The position numbers and the translations under genes are program-made. The notes under the pieces are model-generated. The model was given only the letters and a program-made list of their open reading frames with translations, was not told where the DNA came from and did no database searches. DNA of 61,757 bases, the filler included, from Blastocystis sp. subtype 4 (lineage: Eukaryota): NCBI RefSeq assembly GCF_000743755.1. It is 8 parts of 8 records of this genome, joined end to end, with 100 filler letters (N's around TTAATTAATTAA, not from the genome) between each part and the next. Parts side by side here need not be neighbours in the genome. Positions count along the whole stretch, not along the records: positions 7,773 to 15,489 come from NW_014569157.1; positions 15,590 to 23,245 come from NW_014569156.1; positions 23,346 to 31,000 come from NW_014569155.1; 5 more parts are not named here. One strand, written 5' to 3'. Of this stretch, positions 12,395 to 24,043 are shown in pieces (within the stretch, counting starts at the first letter, position 1; every line of letters starts with the position of its first letter).

Positions 12395-13960
12395 ATGATA
12401 GCTAAGAAATTTATCATTACGTTTTTAATCCTTTCACTGGTCAAAACACAGGAACTAGAGTGCAGTGATGATGTCTATGGAACTGTAGCTAATGGAGAGA
12501 AGGGTTATGCCGGATGTGAGACTGGCTATGATGGATTCCGTTTTTCTGTGTGCAACAACGGAGTTTTCGCGGAGCCTGATTTGTCTCATTGTGTTTTACG
12601 TGATGCTACCGTGTTTTCATATGGTGTGACATCAGCTCAGTTTTATGTTAGTGAGCCTGTCAATCCTCTTTATTTACGTGCCAATGGTATAGTTGATTCG
12701 TTTACTGTTTCTCCAGCATTACCCGCTGGATTGATTCTGGATACTACTTCCGGTGAGATTAGTGGTACTCCCTCTGCTGCAGCTGAGAGTCAGGAGTATA
12801 CTATTACCGCTATGAATGGAGAGAGAGTGAAGACAGTGACTCTCACGATTACTGTGAGCCACGTTATGTGTGAAGCTTATGATACGTTCCCAGCTACTCG
12901 CTCAGGAGAAGTTGCATCAAGTACAAGTGCTTGTCCCGAGAATTATGAAGGTACTGCAACACGTACTTGCACAAATGGTGTTTTTGGAGCGTTGGATATA
13001 ACGGGATGTACACTGAAGGCTCCCACCAATTTGGTTTATTCTCCAAGTTCCAGTACGGTACAACGTAACGAGCCTCTTACTATGACTCCGACTGTTTCAA
13101 ATGTGGTGACCTCGTGGAGTATTCAACCCGCTCTTCCTTCTGGTCTCCAACTGACAAATAAGGGTTCGATTGTCGGAGTTCCTACAGTTACTTCAACAAC
13201 TCGTACATACACAGTAACTGCCAGTAATGCTGCTCATCAAACAACGGCCACAGTAACAATCACAGTGAATCCCGCGTCGTGTTCTGGTATGGTGAATTTA
13301 GGTGGAAGTCAGGTGACGATCGATCACAATAGCGTGCTGGAGGAGAATTGTCCTGCTGGTTATAGTGGAACTGCCTCTCGTCTCTGTACGGATGGTACTT
13401 ATGGAGAGGTGACCTATGAGAACTGTAGAGCTTTGAAGCCTACAGGTCTTGCGTATTCTGTGTCTTCGTATGTGTTAGATCAAAATGAAACTATGTCAAC
13501 TGGAAGACCTTTGTATGGAAACATCATTACGGCTTTCTCTGTGGAACCTCTGCTTCCTGAAGGCTTGAGCTTAGATACTACAACAGGTGTGATTTCGGGA
13601 ACTGCTACTGAACTGAAGGAATCTACTTCGTACACGGTAACGGGTGCGAATAATGATGATTCTACGACAACAGTTATTACCATTGCAGTTGTTCTTCCTT
13701 CCTGTCAGGCAACGGAGGAGTTTGCTTCTGTTCCTGTTGGCGAATCTAGTACATATCAGTGTAATCGCGATAGTTATTCGGGTCAGATGACTCGTACTTG
13801 CGAGTTGGTGGAGGGAAAGGCTCAATGGTCTCTGCCTGATACATACTGCCAGAAGGATCCGAACTACACATTGTTGTACATCGCAATTGTTGTGTGTGTG
13901 ATTTGTATCGCTCTCCTCATCTTTGTGATTGTGAGTAAGAAGAGTAAAAAGAGCAAGTAG
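12395..13960 (+). CDS. Intronless type I membrane surface protein: four Cys-rich modules alternating with three putative-Ig (He_PIG-like) repeats
   Basis: Signal peptide; repeats SPALPAGLILDTTSGEISGTP / QPALPSGL / EPLLPEGLSLDTTTGVISGT; Cys modules CPxxYxGTAxRxCxxGxxG; C-terminal TM then KKSKKSK. Confidence 0.85.
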   Translation: MIAKKFIITFLILSLVKTQELECSDDVYGTVANGEKGYAGCETGYDGFRFSVCNNGVFAEPDLSHCVLRDATVFSYGVTSAQFYVSEPVNPLYLRANGIVDSFTVSPALPAGLILDTTSGEISGTPSAAAESQEYTITAMNGERVKTVTLTITVSHVMCEAYDTFPATRSGEVASSTSACPENYEGTATRTCTNGVFGALDITGCTLKAPTNLVYSPSSSTVQRNEPLTMTPTVSNVVTSWSIQPALPSGLQLTNKGSIVGVPTVTSTTRTYTVTASNAAHQTTATVTITVNPASCSGMVNLGGSQVTIDHNSVLEENCPAGYSGTASRLCTDGTYGEVTYENCRALKPTGLAYSVSSYVLDQNETMSTGRPLYGNIITAFSVEPLLPEGLSLDTTTGVISGTATELKESTSYTVTGANNDDSTTTVITIAVVLPSCQATEEFASVPVGESSTYQCNRDSYSGQMTRTCELVEGKAQWSLPDTYCQKDPNYTLLYIAIVVCVICIALLIFVIVSKKSKKSK

Positions 13961-13980
13961 ATGTAAATTCTCATCCGGAT

Positions 13981-13996
13981 TGTTTGTTAACATACA
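13981..13996. terminator. Back-to-back 3'-end motifs of convergent genes (TGTTTGTT|AACATACA)
   Basis: The + motif at 13981-13988 abuts the - motif at 13989-13996. Confidence 0.75.
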
Positions 13997-14000
13997 TGAA

Positions 14001-14619
14001 ATAGTTCTAGAGGACTGATGTCGATACTGTGTTTAGGTATTAACCGACTGAAATCAGGTGATGACACAGTCCGTCGGGCCATTCGCAATACGTTCACCGC
14101 ACATAAACGTTTCTCACACACAGATAGATTGAAAAAGACACGATCACCCACACGAATCGTTGGTTCCTCTCCATCTTCTCTTAGACAATCATAAGAATGG
14201 AAATAGAACTCATGCAAATGTAACACTGGTTCTAGTGTTCGTATACACCCATAGTCACCATCAAACCAAACGACTTTTCCGTGCTGTGGATCCTTGGGAA
14301 GCATATCAATGTCAACAGACATCCCCTGCATTATCTGGTCATAGGCCCTTTGCTCCTCCTTGTCTAAACGAGTCTTTGAATAGTTAACACGCGAAAAACG
14401 AGAGTGACGAGAAGAATAACCGCGTGATGTCTCCATTGTCATTCTCCTAGTGAGATCGGGAGTGACTGGACGAATGTCCGAAGAGAGGGAGGAAGCAATC
14501 GTAGACGTGAAGCTCTGAGTATCATCTGGAGTAGAACTCCGTTGTGCTGTCGGTATCCTCTCGTAACCAAACGAATACCAATCAGCATCAGTCTTCGCAA
14601 TATTCTTATAATTTTGCAA
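14001..14619 (-). CDS. Cold-shock (OB-fold) domain protein; start unresolved
   Basis: GKVVWFDGDYGCI...FYFH...VGDRVFF...AVNV; in-frame T14001 + 4 nt + TGTATGTT. Confidence 0.7.
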
Positions 14620-15083
14620 ATCGTCTACCGAATAGCGAATTTTGCTTTCATGAGGATCAAACCCTACTCCTTACATTCACAGTCCTTTCGTACATTTCGT
14701 ATCATTTACATGAATGATAATATTTAACCCATTAGTATACGCAGAAAGAATGCAATAGCCAAAGTATAACACAATACCACCAAACAATAGATCAAGAAGA
14801 GTTGAACGCAAAATAGACAGCTGGAAATAAATAGCAATTACGAGCTACTTCATTACAACCTCAATTTAGCAAGATGTACTAATAGAACAAAGTGAGTATC
14901 TGACAAGACTAAACTATTATCTTTATTCTTCTCCATGATTGCAGTCATTTTCGACTACAATAGCCTATTCTTGATGATGAATCTGAGTTCATTGTTCCAT
15001 AATTACAAGTATCATTTCAATATTTCAGATACGTGTGGTTTGAAACAAACAGTCAAGACCTCTGTGGTTCCAATTCTCAACAA

Positions 15084-15489
15084 TTACGCCTTCGAGAGTC
15101 TCTTCGACACACGAGCACTCTTTCTCTCCTTGTTCAGCTGCTCCAGACGCTGTTTGTACTCAGCAGCCTCCACACGAGCCTTCTCCATAGCAGCCTTCTT
15201 CTCAGCCANACGAGCACGCTTGTGGCACAACACACGATGAGTCACCAGACGCTGGATCTTTGGAGCCTTGTCTCGCTTGTGACCATTATGTTCGAAGGTA
15301 CGACGAATCACGAACTTGCGAACATCATCCTCCTTCGTCAGACCAAACAACTTCCGAATGTGACTAGCTCTCTTAGGACCCAGACGACGAGGCTTTGCAG
15401 ATGCTTCGTCTGTCAGACCCGGAATCTCCTGTTCACCCTTCTTCACAATCATCAAGTTCAGAACACAAATGTCCGAACCCACAATACAA
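15084..15489 (-). CDS. RPS6: 40S ribosomal protein S6, 3' part
   Basis: [45 protein letters not shown]. Confidence 0.97.
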
Positions 15490-15589
15490 NNNNNNNNNNN
15501 NNNNNNNNNNNNNNNNNNNNNNNNNNNNNNNNNTTAATTAATTAANNNNNNNNNNNNNNNNNNNNNNNNNNNNNNNNNNNNNNNNNNNN
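15490..15589. other. Artificial contig spacer
   Basis: N44-TTAATTAATTAA-N44. Confidence 0.99.
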
Positions 15590-15758
15590 AGTGGCGAAAG
15601 GAACTTCGTTTTATGGGACTCTACCAGAAGCTTGTGGGTGTGAGAGTGGAGGATTAAACACAAAGCAATTTTTAGAATCTGTTTGTTTTCCAAAACGCCT
15701 TCTTGTTGTGGGGGAGTGATGACAAACGAAAACAGAGAGACAATCACACAATTCGTGA

Positions 15759-16442
15759 ATGAAGCATCGAGTGAACTACCGAAAGCTTGGACGCAAAACT
15801 TCTCACCGAATAGCGATGTTGAGGTTGGAAAGGGGAGGTTTGGATGAAGAATAGGAACATGACAACATCTCTAATTGAACATGAGAGAATTCGAACTACT
15901 GTTACTCGAGCAAAGGAAGTGAGAAGGTTTGCAGATCATATGGTCACATTGGCAAAAAAGGGTAACGGTACCTATTTGTGTTTTAGAAATAGGTGATTCT
16001 GCTGCCTATCAGCGGGCCGCAGTAACTGTTCAAACAAAAGAGGCAATGGACAAGCTCTTCGATGTTCTTGCGAATCGTTACAAGTATTCTGTTCATATTT
16101 GCATAATAGGTTCTAGAGATCGAAATGGAGGGTATACAAGAATTATGCGTTGTGGATATCGTGATGGGGACAAAGCTCCAATGTGCTACATTGAGTATAT
16201 CGATCGGTAATAGTTGTAATGAGAAATTGATATACAGGGAAGGTGAGTTGCGTATGTGCAAGAAGGTAGGAGGAGAGGTAGTGTCAGAATCCACGACTCC
16301 CTCGACAGAAGTGCAGGAGAAGAGTGCTGCAGAGACAATTGATGAGGAGATTCAAAAGATTGTTCAAAAGCCTAGTCTGGAAGGAATCCCAGAAGTGAGC
16401 TTATCAGAAGAAAAGACTCGAAAGAACGTAATTGAGTTCTGA
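15759..16442 (+). CDS. MRPL17: Mitochondrial ribosomal protein bL17 with acidic C-terminal extension
   Basis: Spliced [43 protein letters not shown]...[29 protein letters not shown]. Confidence 0.9.
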
Positions 16443-16506
16443 TTGTGGTTTTAGTCCATGTATTGTTACAAACATGTCGGAAAGGGTAAAACAACACTAA
16501 ATACAC

Positions 16507-18432
16507 TTATCGAGAGAACTGTCGGTCATCCTTCTTCCTACGCTTATCATTGAATCCCTTTCCTTTCTCTCGTGTATTCTTTCCACTATTCTTTACAAAA
16601 GACATATTAATCATTGGTGGAACTTCAAATCCGAAGCTTGTTGCAACAGCCTTCAAATCCAAATTATTCACATTGAATATATCCTTCATACTATGTGAAG
16701 CATATGCCATAATGTAACTTCGATATGCATCTCGAGCCGCTTTATGAAGATAATAGTTTCTTGATATCAATTTCGTTAACTGCCCTTGAATATTCGCCAC
16801 TTTGTTCGTTGGAAACTCATATTCGTTTAACGAAACCTTTGCAGCTCGCAAATACTTTAAAAACATAACTTCCTATGATAATCAAGGATCACTAAACAGT
16901 ACCTCTGGAAGAAGGAAGAGAAGAGCACGACCTGCTCCCTTCTCACCACGTGCTGTTCGTCCAACACGATGAATATACTCCTTAGGATCATCAGGAGGAT
17001 CAAACTGAATAATCCAATCAACAGCGGGAATATCCAATCCTCGTGCAGCAACATCAGTACACAATAACACACCCTTTTCAGCATTCACGAATTCAAGGAA
17101 AACGGCGGTTCGGCGCTGCTGTTTCTGTTTCCCATGGATACACATCACCGGAATATCAATGTAGTTCAGCAGTTCAGAGAAATATTGGACTTCGTTGCAA
17201 CTACTGAAAAATACCCTAGAATTCAGGAATTCCATAAATCCATACATGACCTTCTTCTTAAGATAATTCTTCTTCAGGAAGGTGTAGAGAAGAAGGAAAC
17301 GCTGACTACTGGAACAAACGACATATCCTTGCTCCAATCGACTCACAGTTGCTTCTGAGCATGCATCGTGTACACCTACATACACCGGATTCTCCTAATT
17401 CTCAATTCCGTTCATTGTTCCTACGCTCAATGAGAGACGAGCTAAACCCTCAACATTCTTGTCCTGGGTAGCTGAAAACAGCATAGTTTGACGTTTCTTT
17501 GGCAACATCTTCACAATTGCTTTCATATCTTCCTCAAATCCAATTTGAAGAATACGATCTGCTTCATCAATCACAAGACATTGCAGATTCTCATATAAAA
17601 ATCCTTTCGTATTCTGCAAGTGATCAAGAAGACGTCCTGGGGTCGCTACGAGAATCGATACACCCTTAACAAGCTTGGTTGCTTCCGTCTTACGATTCGA
17701 TCCACCCATGATCAGACCATGTGTTAAGTTATGAGCAGTGGCCAGTGCCGAAACTACTCCGAAAGTTTGGAGAACCAGTTCACGAGTTGGAGCAATGATG
17801 ATGGCTCCTGTGCCTTGGCGTTGTTTGAATTTGAGACGAGATAGAAGTTCGACAACCGGAATGACAAAGGCAAGAGTCTTTCCCGAGCCAGTTCTATACA
17901 TCAATTCCAGAGAAGAAGACAACTTGGCAGCTCCTAACACATCCTTTCCACTTAATAAGGCTGGAATAGCTTTTGCTTGAATGGGAGTCATTGTCTTGAA
18001 CTTCATATTGTCCAATACTTCCAATGTCTTTTCTACGAGTCAAATCATATCATTGTGATGTACCACTCAATTCTAAAGAAGAGAAAGGTACATCTGAAAA
18101 GAATTCTGAGTTCTCACTGCTTTCCTCACCTAACCAATCATGCCTTTCATTCTAACAATACTCTTTGCCTCTGGCTTGGTGGGAACCACTTCCTCATCAA
18201 TATGATCTTCCAAAGCCTCATTTGGAGCAACAGGAGTTTCAGGCACTCCCTGATCGACTTTCTGTTCCTATGGTATTACATTCCAAGTCACAGGAATTAC
18301 TCCAGAAATCTCCGATGCCTGACGCTTCATAGAGGTTTTCTTTTCCTCACTATCGTTCTTGTTACTCTTCTTCGAAAGATTTTCTAGTTCATCAGAATTC
18401 CAACAGCAAGTTCAACTCTTCACAGGAGCCAT
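16507..18432 (-). CDS. HAS1: DEAD-box RNA helicase HAS1/DDX18
   Basis: [72 protein letters not shown]. Confidence 0.95.
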
Positions 18433-18990
18433 GGTGAGTGTTTTTGAATAAATGGAAGGGAAAAACGAGACCGCTAGAATAGAAGAAAAACCGTGCCTCT
18501 TCTTAAATCAATGAATACAAAGCGTTTGACATAGAAGAATTTTAGATGCCTTTGGAATGGGTTTTAGAAGCAATTAAAGGGAAATGTCGATATTGAAGGT
18601 GATTCCTACTAGAATCCTATCAAACAATCTAGACAAGTAGAACGAGTGATATGGAGAAAGATGGACGATTATTCAAGTGTTGTGAAAGATGGAAGCTTTG
18701 AAACCGCTAGGAATGTGGATACTCTATTCAAAAACATCTTATATCACAAATGGAGTGTTAGTAGAATCAGTATCAGGACCATGACCCACTCTCGATCCCT
18801 TACGACGGATTCTATTCTCGCATACTACATTAATAACATTTTCGCTATGAATACAATCTCAATAAACTACTCATAGCAAACCAAACAACATTCCAAAATA
18901 ACCCCATATTATGTAACAGTTCTTACGGGAATTTGACCCATTCTGCTATTTGTTCAAGACTAGCAAATATCCATTGTTATTATTCGAAAT

Positions 18991-19247
18991 ATGCATCTTT
19001 ATTACTATCTTGGTGAGGACGGTAAAAGAGTCTATACTCTGAAGGTGAAATTGTGGTTGTTGTGTGATTTCTAGAGAGAATCTCCTACGGGTGGACCAAC
19101 CTTTTCAGCACATCCTGGTATGCATGATTTTACTGAAATGAAAATCTAGCTCGCTTTTCTCCCGACGATAAGTATTCCAGAGAAAGAGTGACTTGTAAGG
19201 AGCGATATGGATGTCTTCTAACCCAGCAACCTGACATGAAGATGTAA
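18991..19247 (+). CDS. NOP10: H/ACA snoRNP subunit NOP10
   Basis: Three exons splice to [64 protein letters not shown]; not in the ORF track. Confidence 0.95.
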
Positions 19248-19370
19248 CTTTATCTATTGTTCTATTTTGCTTGTTTGTTCCACTTACACTTGATTTGTAT
19301 ATATTTTCTTCGGTACACTCTAGTTGATTGCCGATAGTACGTTTCACATTCATAATCCTGTTTGAAGCAG

Positions 19371-21517
19371 ATGGATGATATTGAATTTGATTTCGAAATG
19401 GCAGCATCTCCTGAGGAGACCCATACAAAGCAAGTACTGTTAGAACGAGCTGATGAAGAGTAGAAAAAGGATAAAACGAAGAGAACTGTATGTCGTCACT
19501 GGCTAAAGCATGAGTGTCAACGTGGTGATGCGTGTACATATCTACACGCGATGGATCTTGATAAGATGCCAGACTGTGATCTCGGAGCCAACTGCAATCG
19601 TCCAGACTGCATCTTTAAACACCCTCCCAAACTCAATGATGTGAAGGATGTTTCTTGTTGTGATTTCTTAGAAGGAGTGCCTGTTTTACAAACAAGGATT
19701 TTGTCCATATGGAAAGAGATGTAAATATAGGTAGGGCTATGGCTCCTTGTCAATCATAGACATGTGGTGTATGAGGATGGTTTTCTACCCAGTCGTGTGG
19801 ATATATCTGCTCGAAGACATGAAAGTGAAATAGATCCGAAAGTATGTCTTCGGTTCGTGGGTTAATGGTAGGACAAGACACTCTTTAATTCTGGTATTCG
19901 ACGAAGCAAGTGTAATTCGTACGAAGAAAAAAGACGATGCATTTATGGAGAGAATTGTGTCTACTGTCATGGTGTTTTTGACCCTCGAAGTTATTCTCTT
20001 AGATAATATTGAGTTTTAGTTGCTGCTATCGATCGTCGTACGCCTCATGAAATGAACATGCCTGATTATCCTAAAGATACGTATTCGTACTTCTTCTTCT
20101 GTTTCCCTCATATTACAACACTTTCCGATTTTATTTTACGAGGTGAGTTTGCTGTTCCTTCTCGTTGTGTTGACAAGGTCAATGAAGCATATGATAAGCC
20201 TCAAAACCACGTTTACTTCTTCGTGAGTTTGTTAAGTTCGAAAATCATTTATGTGGGTTTGACTTGGGGTCTTCATGATAGGCACTGGGTGAGATGAAAG
20301 AACGTTGTTCGCGTGACCGGGAAATGTCACATCCGTTTGCGGTAGAATGGTTGAAGGTGGTTCACATGCCATTCATGATCTTTGATCGTCTTGGTACAAA
20401 TGTGTTAATATTATCACCCACAGATCGTCACGTCAAACTAGACAGAATGGAAGATGGAACAGAATTGGATGCTGTCAACGGAGGTGAATTGTTTGAATGG
20501 GTCTGGAGACACCCAAATGTGTGTTTAGTAGCTTGAATTTATCTGTAGACATTGTTAATGCCTCGTCAGAGTATGCTCATTTGTCCAGGTAATCATGTCT
20601 ATGGATTGGGATAGTAGAACCTAAAGAACTTATAAATGACGATGAATTGAATGACTATGTCATTTCTCCAGATCTTAAAGAATCTACTTCGTTCATTCAC
20701 GGGAATTCGCTAATTGTGGGAATGGATCGTCAGGATTTTGAAGCTACTATTGAAAGCGAGCTTCTTCGTCTCCCATATTCTGATATTGCTCTGTTTCTGT
20801 CATTTCTCTCTTTCATTTGTAGCGCAGATAATATCACGATTGGATGTTTCATTCTTGTCAATGATGGAAACTCCCTTTGTGGACTCCTACAAGCAACTTC
20901 TACAGCAAAGAACTATGTAGGGAAAGCCGTTCATAGCTCTACTCTGGCAATTGAGGTGAATGTACGTGTGTGGTATCGTTTCCACTCTCTCCCCTATCGG
21001 AGAGTACCAATTCATTTGAATGCATCTACAAGGTGTTGGATTAGCAAGAAAACGATGACAGCGATTATGGGCGAATTCCTTCATGATAGTGGTCCGATTG
21101 ACTATCCTGTTATGACAATAGTAGAAAATAATTAGTAGAAACGAATGAATATGAAATCCTTGTTTAGCAAGGATATTGATATTGACATTGATGATGATAT
21201 ATTTCAGGCTGGAAGACGTCTACGTGAACATCCTACCTTCCAACGTTTTACTCGTACGAATGGCTGGTGCTATTTAGAGTTAATCGGGAAAGTAGACATG
21301 AGGGTGTGGTTTCAGAGTAGGGAAGTATGGGTTCGGAAGCAACACTTGTTAGAAATAATGAAGGACCATTGCATTTGTGTTTCTATTGTAACGATGGGTT
21401 ACGTTAGCATATATCGAAGTATTAACTATAGGTTTTCGCATTGTGATGAACCAGATCTGGTCCATGGCAAAAGAGATATATTCTGAGTATCAGGAGTGGA
21501 AGAAATCCTCTCATTAG
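19371..21517 (+). CDS. CPSF4: CPSF30/CPSF4-like protein: four CCCH fingers + degenerate YTH + DCD-like + KH-like regions
   Basis: MDDIEFDFE N-terminus; TVCRHWLKHECQRGDACTYLHAMDLDKMP; KECLFYKQGFCPYGKRCKYRH; YTH-like FAVEWLKVVHMPF...DGTELDAVNG. The reading frame is continuous across ~30-nt introns. Confidence 0.75.
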
Positions 21518-21680
21518 ATTTGTTTGTTTCGTACTTATATTTTGTTCTTTTGATTCCCTTTTGTGTGCTTTCATTGCTGTGTTGCCATTATCGTATTAAA
21601 CTACGTAAAGGATGATATTGGGTTCTCACTCTCAGAATCGGTTATCGCTAATAATCCAAGATCTCTTAAGGTAATACAGC

Positions 21681-22894
21681 ATGTCATCAGAGAATCAAAG
21701 TGACTTTGAATCAAATCAAAAAGAGTTATCAATAGAAGATAGAAGTGTGTTCCCGGAAGTATGAATTACTAAATGGAATAAGAGATAGGTAAAGGAAGAG
21801 GTGACGAAATCCATACCTACTCCAACTAGTTCTAATAATTCGAAAGTTGCTACCCAGTCGGCTGTTGTGTTAAACTCCTCATCAATTCCTCAACCAGACA
21901 CTTTTTCTTCTCAGCCACAAGTATATTCTTTGATGTGTTATCATCTAGCATCAACTTTGTCAATTTAATGATGGTAGTAATTCGCAGCCTCCTGTCATGA
22001 TTCAACAACCAGTCTTAAACTTGCCTCCCTCCCCCGTCCCGGTGGAAGCGACACAGGACCCTGTAATGGTAGCAATTCCCTATGGTTCTTCTGAGGGATC
22101 AACAGTCTATAAGCTAGTTCCTTCCTATTTGATGCAATACCCAGTTTGTAATGCATATGTTGTCAATACTACCCCAAATGGCGGTCCTCAACCTACATAC
22201 TCTCCTCGACCAGTATTGGTTGCTTCTCAACCTTCAATGACATTGGCAATTCCAGCTCAATCGTCTGTTCCTATTCAGTCTCCGCAACCTCCAGCATCTC
22301 TTCAATCACCAGCATCTCTTCAGTCACATCCTAAACCTCCACCATCTCTTCGTCCCCAGCCTCAGGTGTCTCTTCAACCTCCGGGATCTTTAACCAAACC
22401 ACTGCCATCGCCTGCTTCCATCAAGCCACAGTCGCAGAATCAAGCTGCACCCATAAATATACCGGAATCAACAAAGCAAGAGGATTCCAACTCAACAAAG
22501 AAAGATGAGACAATTATTCGATGTTCTTGTGCGAAAACACATTGCTTGAAATTGTATCTCTTGATAGATGGATTAATCGTAGATATTGTGATTGTTTGAA
22601 GGCCGGACGAGAATGTGGACCTCTCTGTTCTTGTGTCGATTGTTTTAATCATGCAGACAGGATAGAACGAAAGATGGCAATCCAATTCCTGAAAAGGAGG
22701 AATCCACATGCTTTTCTTCGTCTCACTGGGAATGTAAGATTGTTATCCTATTGTGATGGTAGGAGCAACCGAAACCTTGTGGCTGCAACTGTCAACGGAG
22801 TCAGTGTTGTAAGAAGTATTGTTCTTGCTATGTATCGGGAAAGCCTTGTTGCCCTAACTGCAACTGTGTAAACTGTTCGAATAAACGAAAGTAG
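21681..22894 (+). CDS. Tesmin/TSO1 CXC (CRC) domain protein, LIN54-like
   Basis: CSCAKTHCLKLYCDCL...CSCVDCFN, RNPHAF linker, second CXC GCNCQRSQCCKKYCSCY; Pro/Gln-rich N-terminal half. Confidence 0.85.
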
Positions 22895-23091
22895 TCTGTA
22901 TCTGTTTGTTGGGAATCGCGAATATGGGTCAAATCACTACAAAAGTGACCCCATTTATTAGGGCCAACTTATCGTGTGGCTGGTTAATCCAGAATTCACC
23001 CTATTCCTAATCAATTATAGCGTAGGTAGTTGCGAAAGGATGAATTGGAACTGTGCATATGAGTATATTTGGACTAACGGTGGACTAGACC

Positions 23092-23245
23092 ATGGAGATG
23101 ATTGCTAAGCCCGAAGGCGTCAAGGCCAACGATTTCGAGATCGCTATTGCCAACGAGATTGCTGAGATTGCCAAGAAGACCAAGGATCTTGCTGAGCCTC
23201 TGAAGACGTTCAAGATGACTGCTGCTAAGGAGGTGGAGATTGAGG
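23092..23245 (+). CDS. RPS7: 40S ribosomal protein S7, 5' part
   Basis: MIAKPEGVKANDFEIAIANEIAEI...LKTFKMTAAKEVEI; strongly biased codon usage. Confidence 0.8.
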
Positions 23246-23345
23246 NNNNNNNNNNNNNNNNNNNNNNNNNNNNNNNNNNNNNNNNNNNNTTAATTAATTA
23301 ANNNNNNNNNNNNNNNNNNNNNNNNNNNNNNNNNNNNNNNNNNNN
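23246..23345. other. Artificial contig spacer
   Basis: N44-TTAATTAATTAA-N44. Confidence 0.99.
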
Positions 23346-23460
23346 AGCAATTTCTTCCTTCTCCACAACCTCGTAGAGAGAATAGCCAGAGGCAGACTCA
23401 AAAAGGACATACGTCGTTTTACCCTGTACGTTAAGATGTTCAAACGAATGAATCTACCAT
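23346..23460 (-). CDS. NOP56: Box C/D snoRNP protein NOP56, 5' fragment
   Basis: ATG, an intron, then GKTTYVLFESASGYSLYEVVEKEEIA. Confidence 0.75.
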
Positions 23461-23669
23461 TTGAAAATGTAAAATAGGCTAATTCGATTCAATTCCTGAG
23501 AAAAAGCTATGAACAAAATAGAGTCATATTTGGGCATCATATAACCTTTTCTGTTTGTTGTTATCTAGATGAAGCAAAGATAGTTTTCCTTTAATAGTTG
23601 TGGACGGAACCAGTTTCACAATCAGAAATCTACTAGAGCGATCACATCTTCAAATACAACAAACAATCA

Positions 23670-23998
23670 AATCAGAAGATACTGCACCATCTTCCATTCT
23701 CATATGATTGAATTCGGACTCTCCCTGTCCAACCAAGTATCCGGCAAGGAAACAAGCAAAACCAATAGCAATTCGTTGAAGGAACAACAATCTAAATGAT
23801 AAGGCAATCCTTCGTATCCACGTACCTCTTTCTTCGTCTTTCAGTCAAGAACTTTTGATATTCGGCCTTCCTCTTGGCCTCCTGCTCATCTTTCAGCTTT
23901 GAAGCGCTGTACTTTTTGAACTCGTTGAGGTTGTAAAGATGATACAGTCCAGCGGCAGCACCTGCTGCAATAAACGAAATGATCAATTTGCGATTCAT
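23670..23998 (-). CDS. Small hypothetical membrane protein
   Basis: MNRKLIISFIAAGAAAGLYHLY...RRRKRLLFLQRIAIGFACFLAGYLVG...AVSSD with one intron; T23670 + 4 nt + TGTTTGTT. Confidence 0.6.
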
Positions 23999-24043
23999 AC
24001 AAAACTTCAACCAATCCGGACAAAAGGATTCTGAACAAACACT

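Noticed and set aside
15759..16442. Bacterial contamination or recent HGT for L17, GidA and PGAM
   Set aside because: All contain spliceosomal introns and are expected nuclear genes for the mitochondrion-related organelle.
18440..18980. ORF 18646-18876 or an ncRNA in the HAS1-NOP10 divergent gap
   Set aside because: No recognisable motif, splice pattern or structure.
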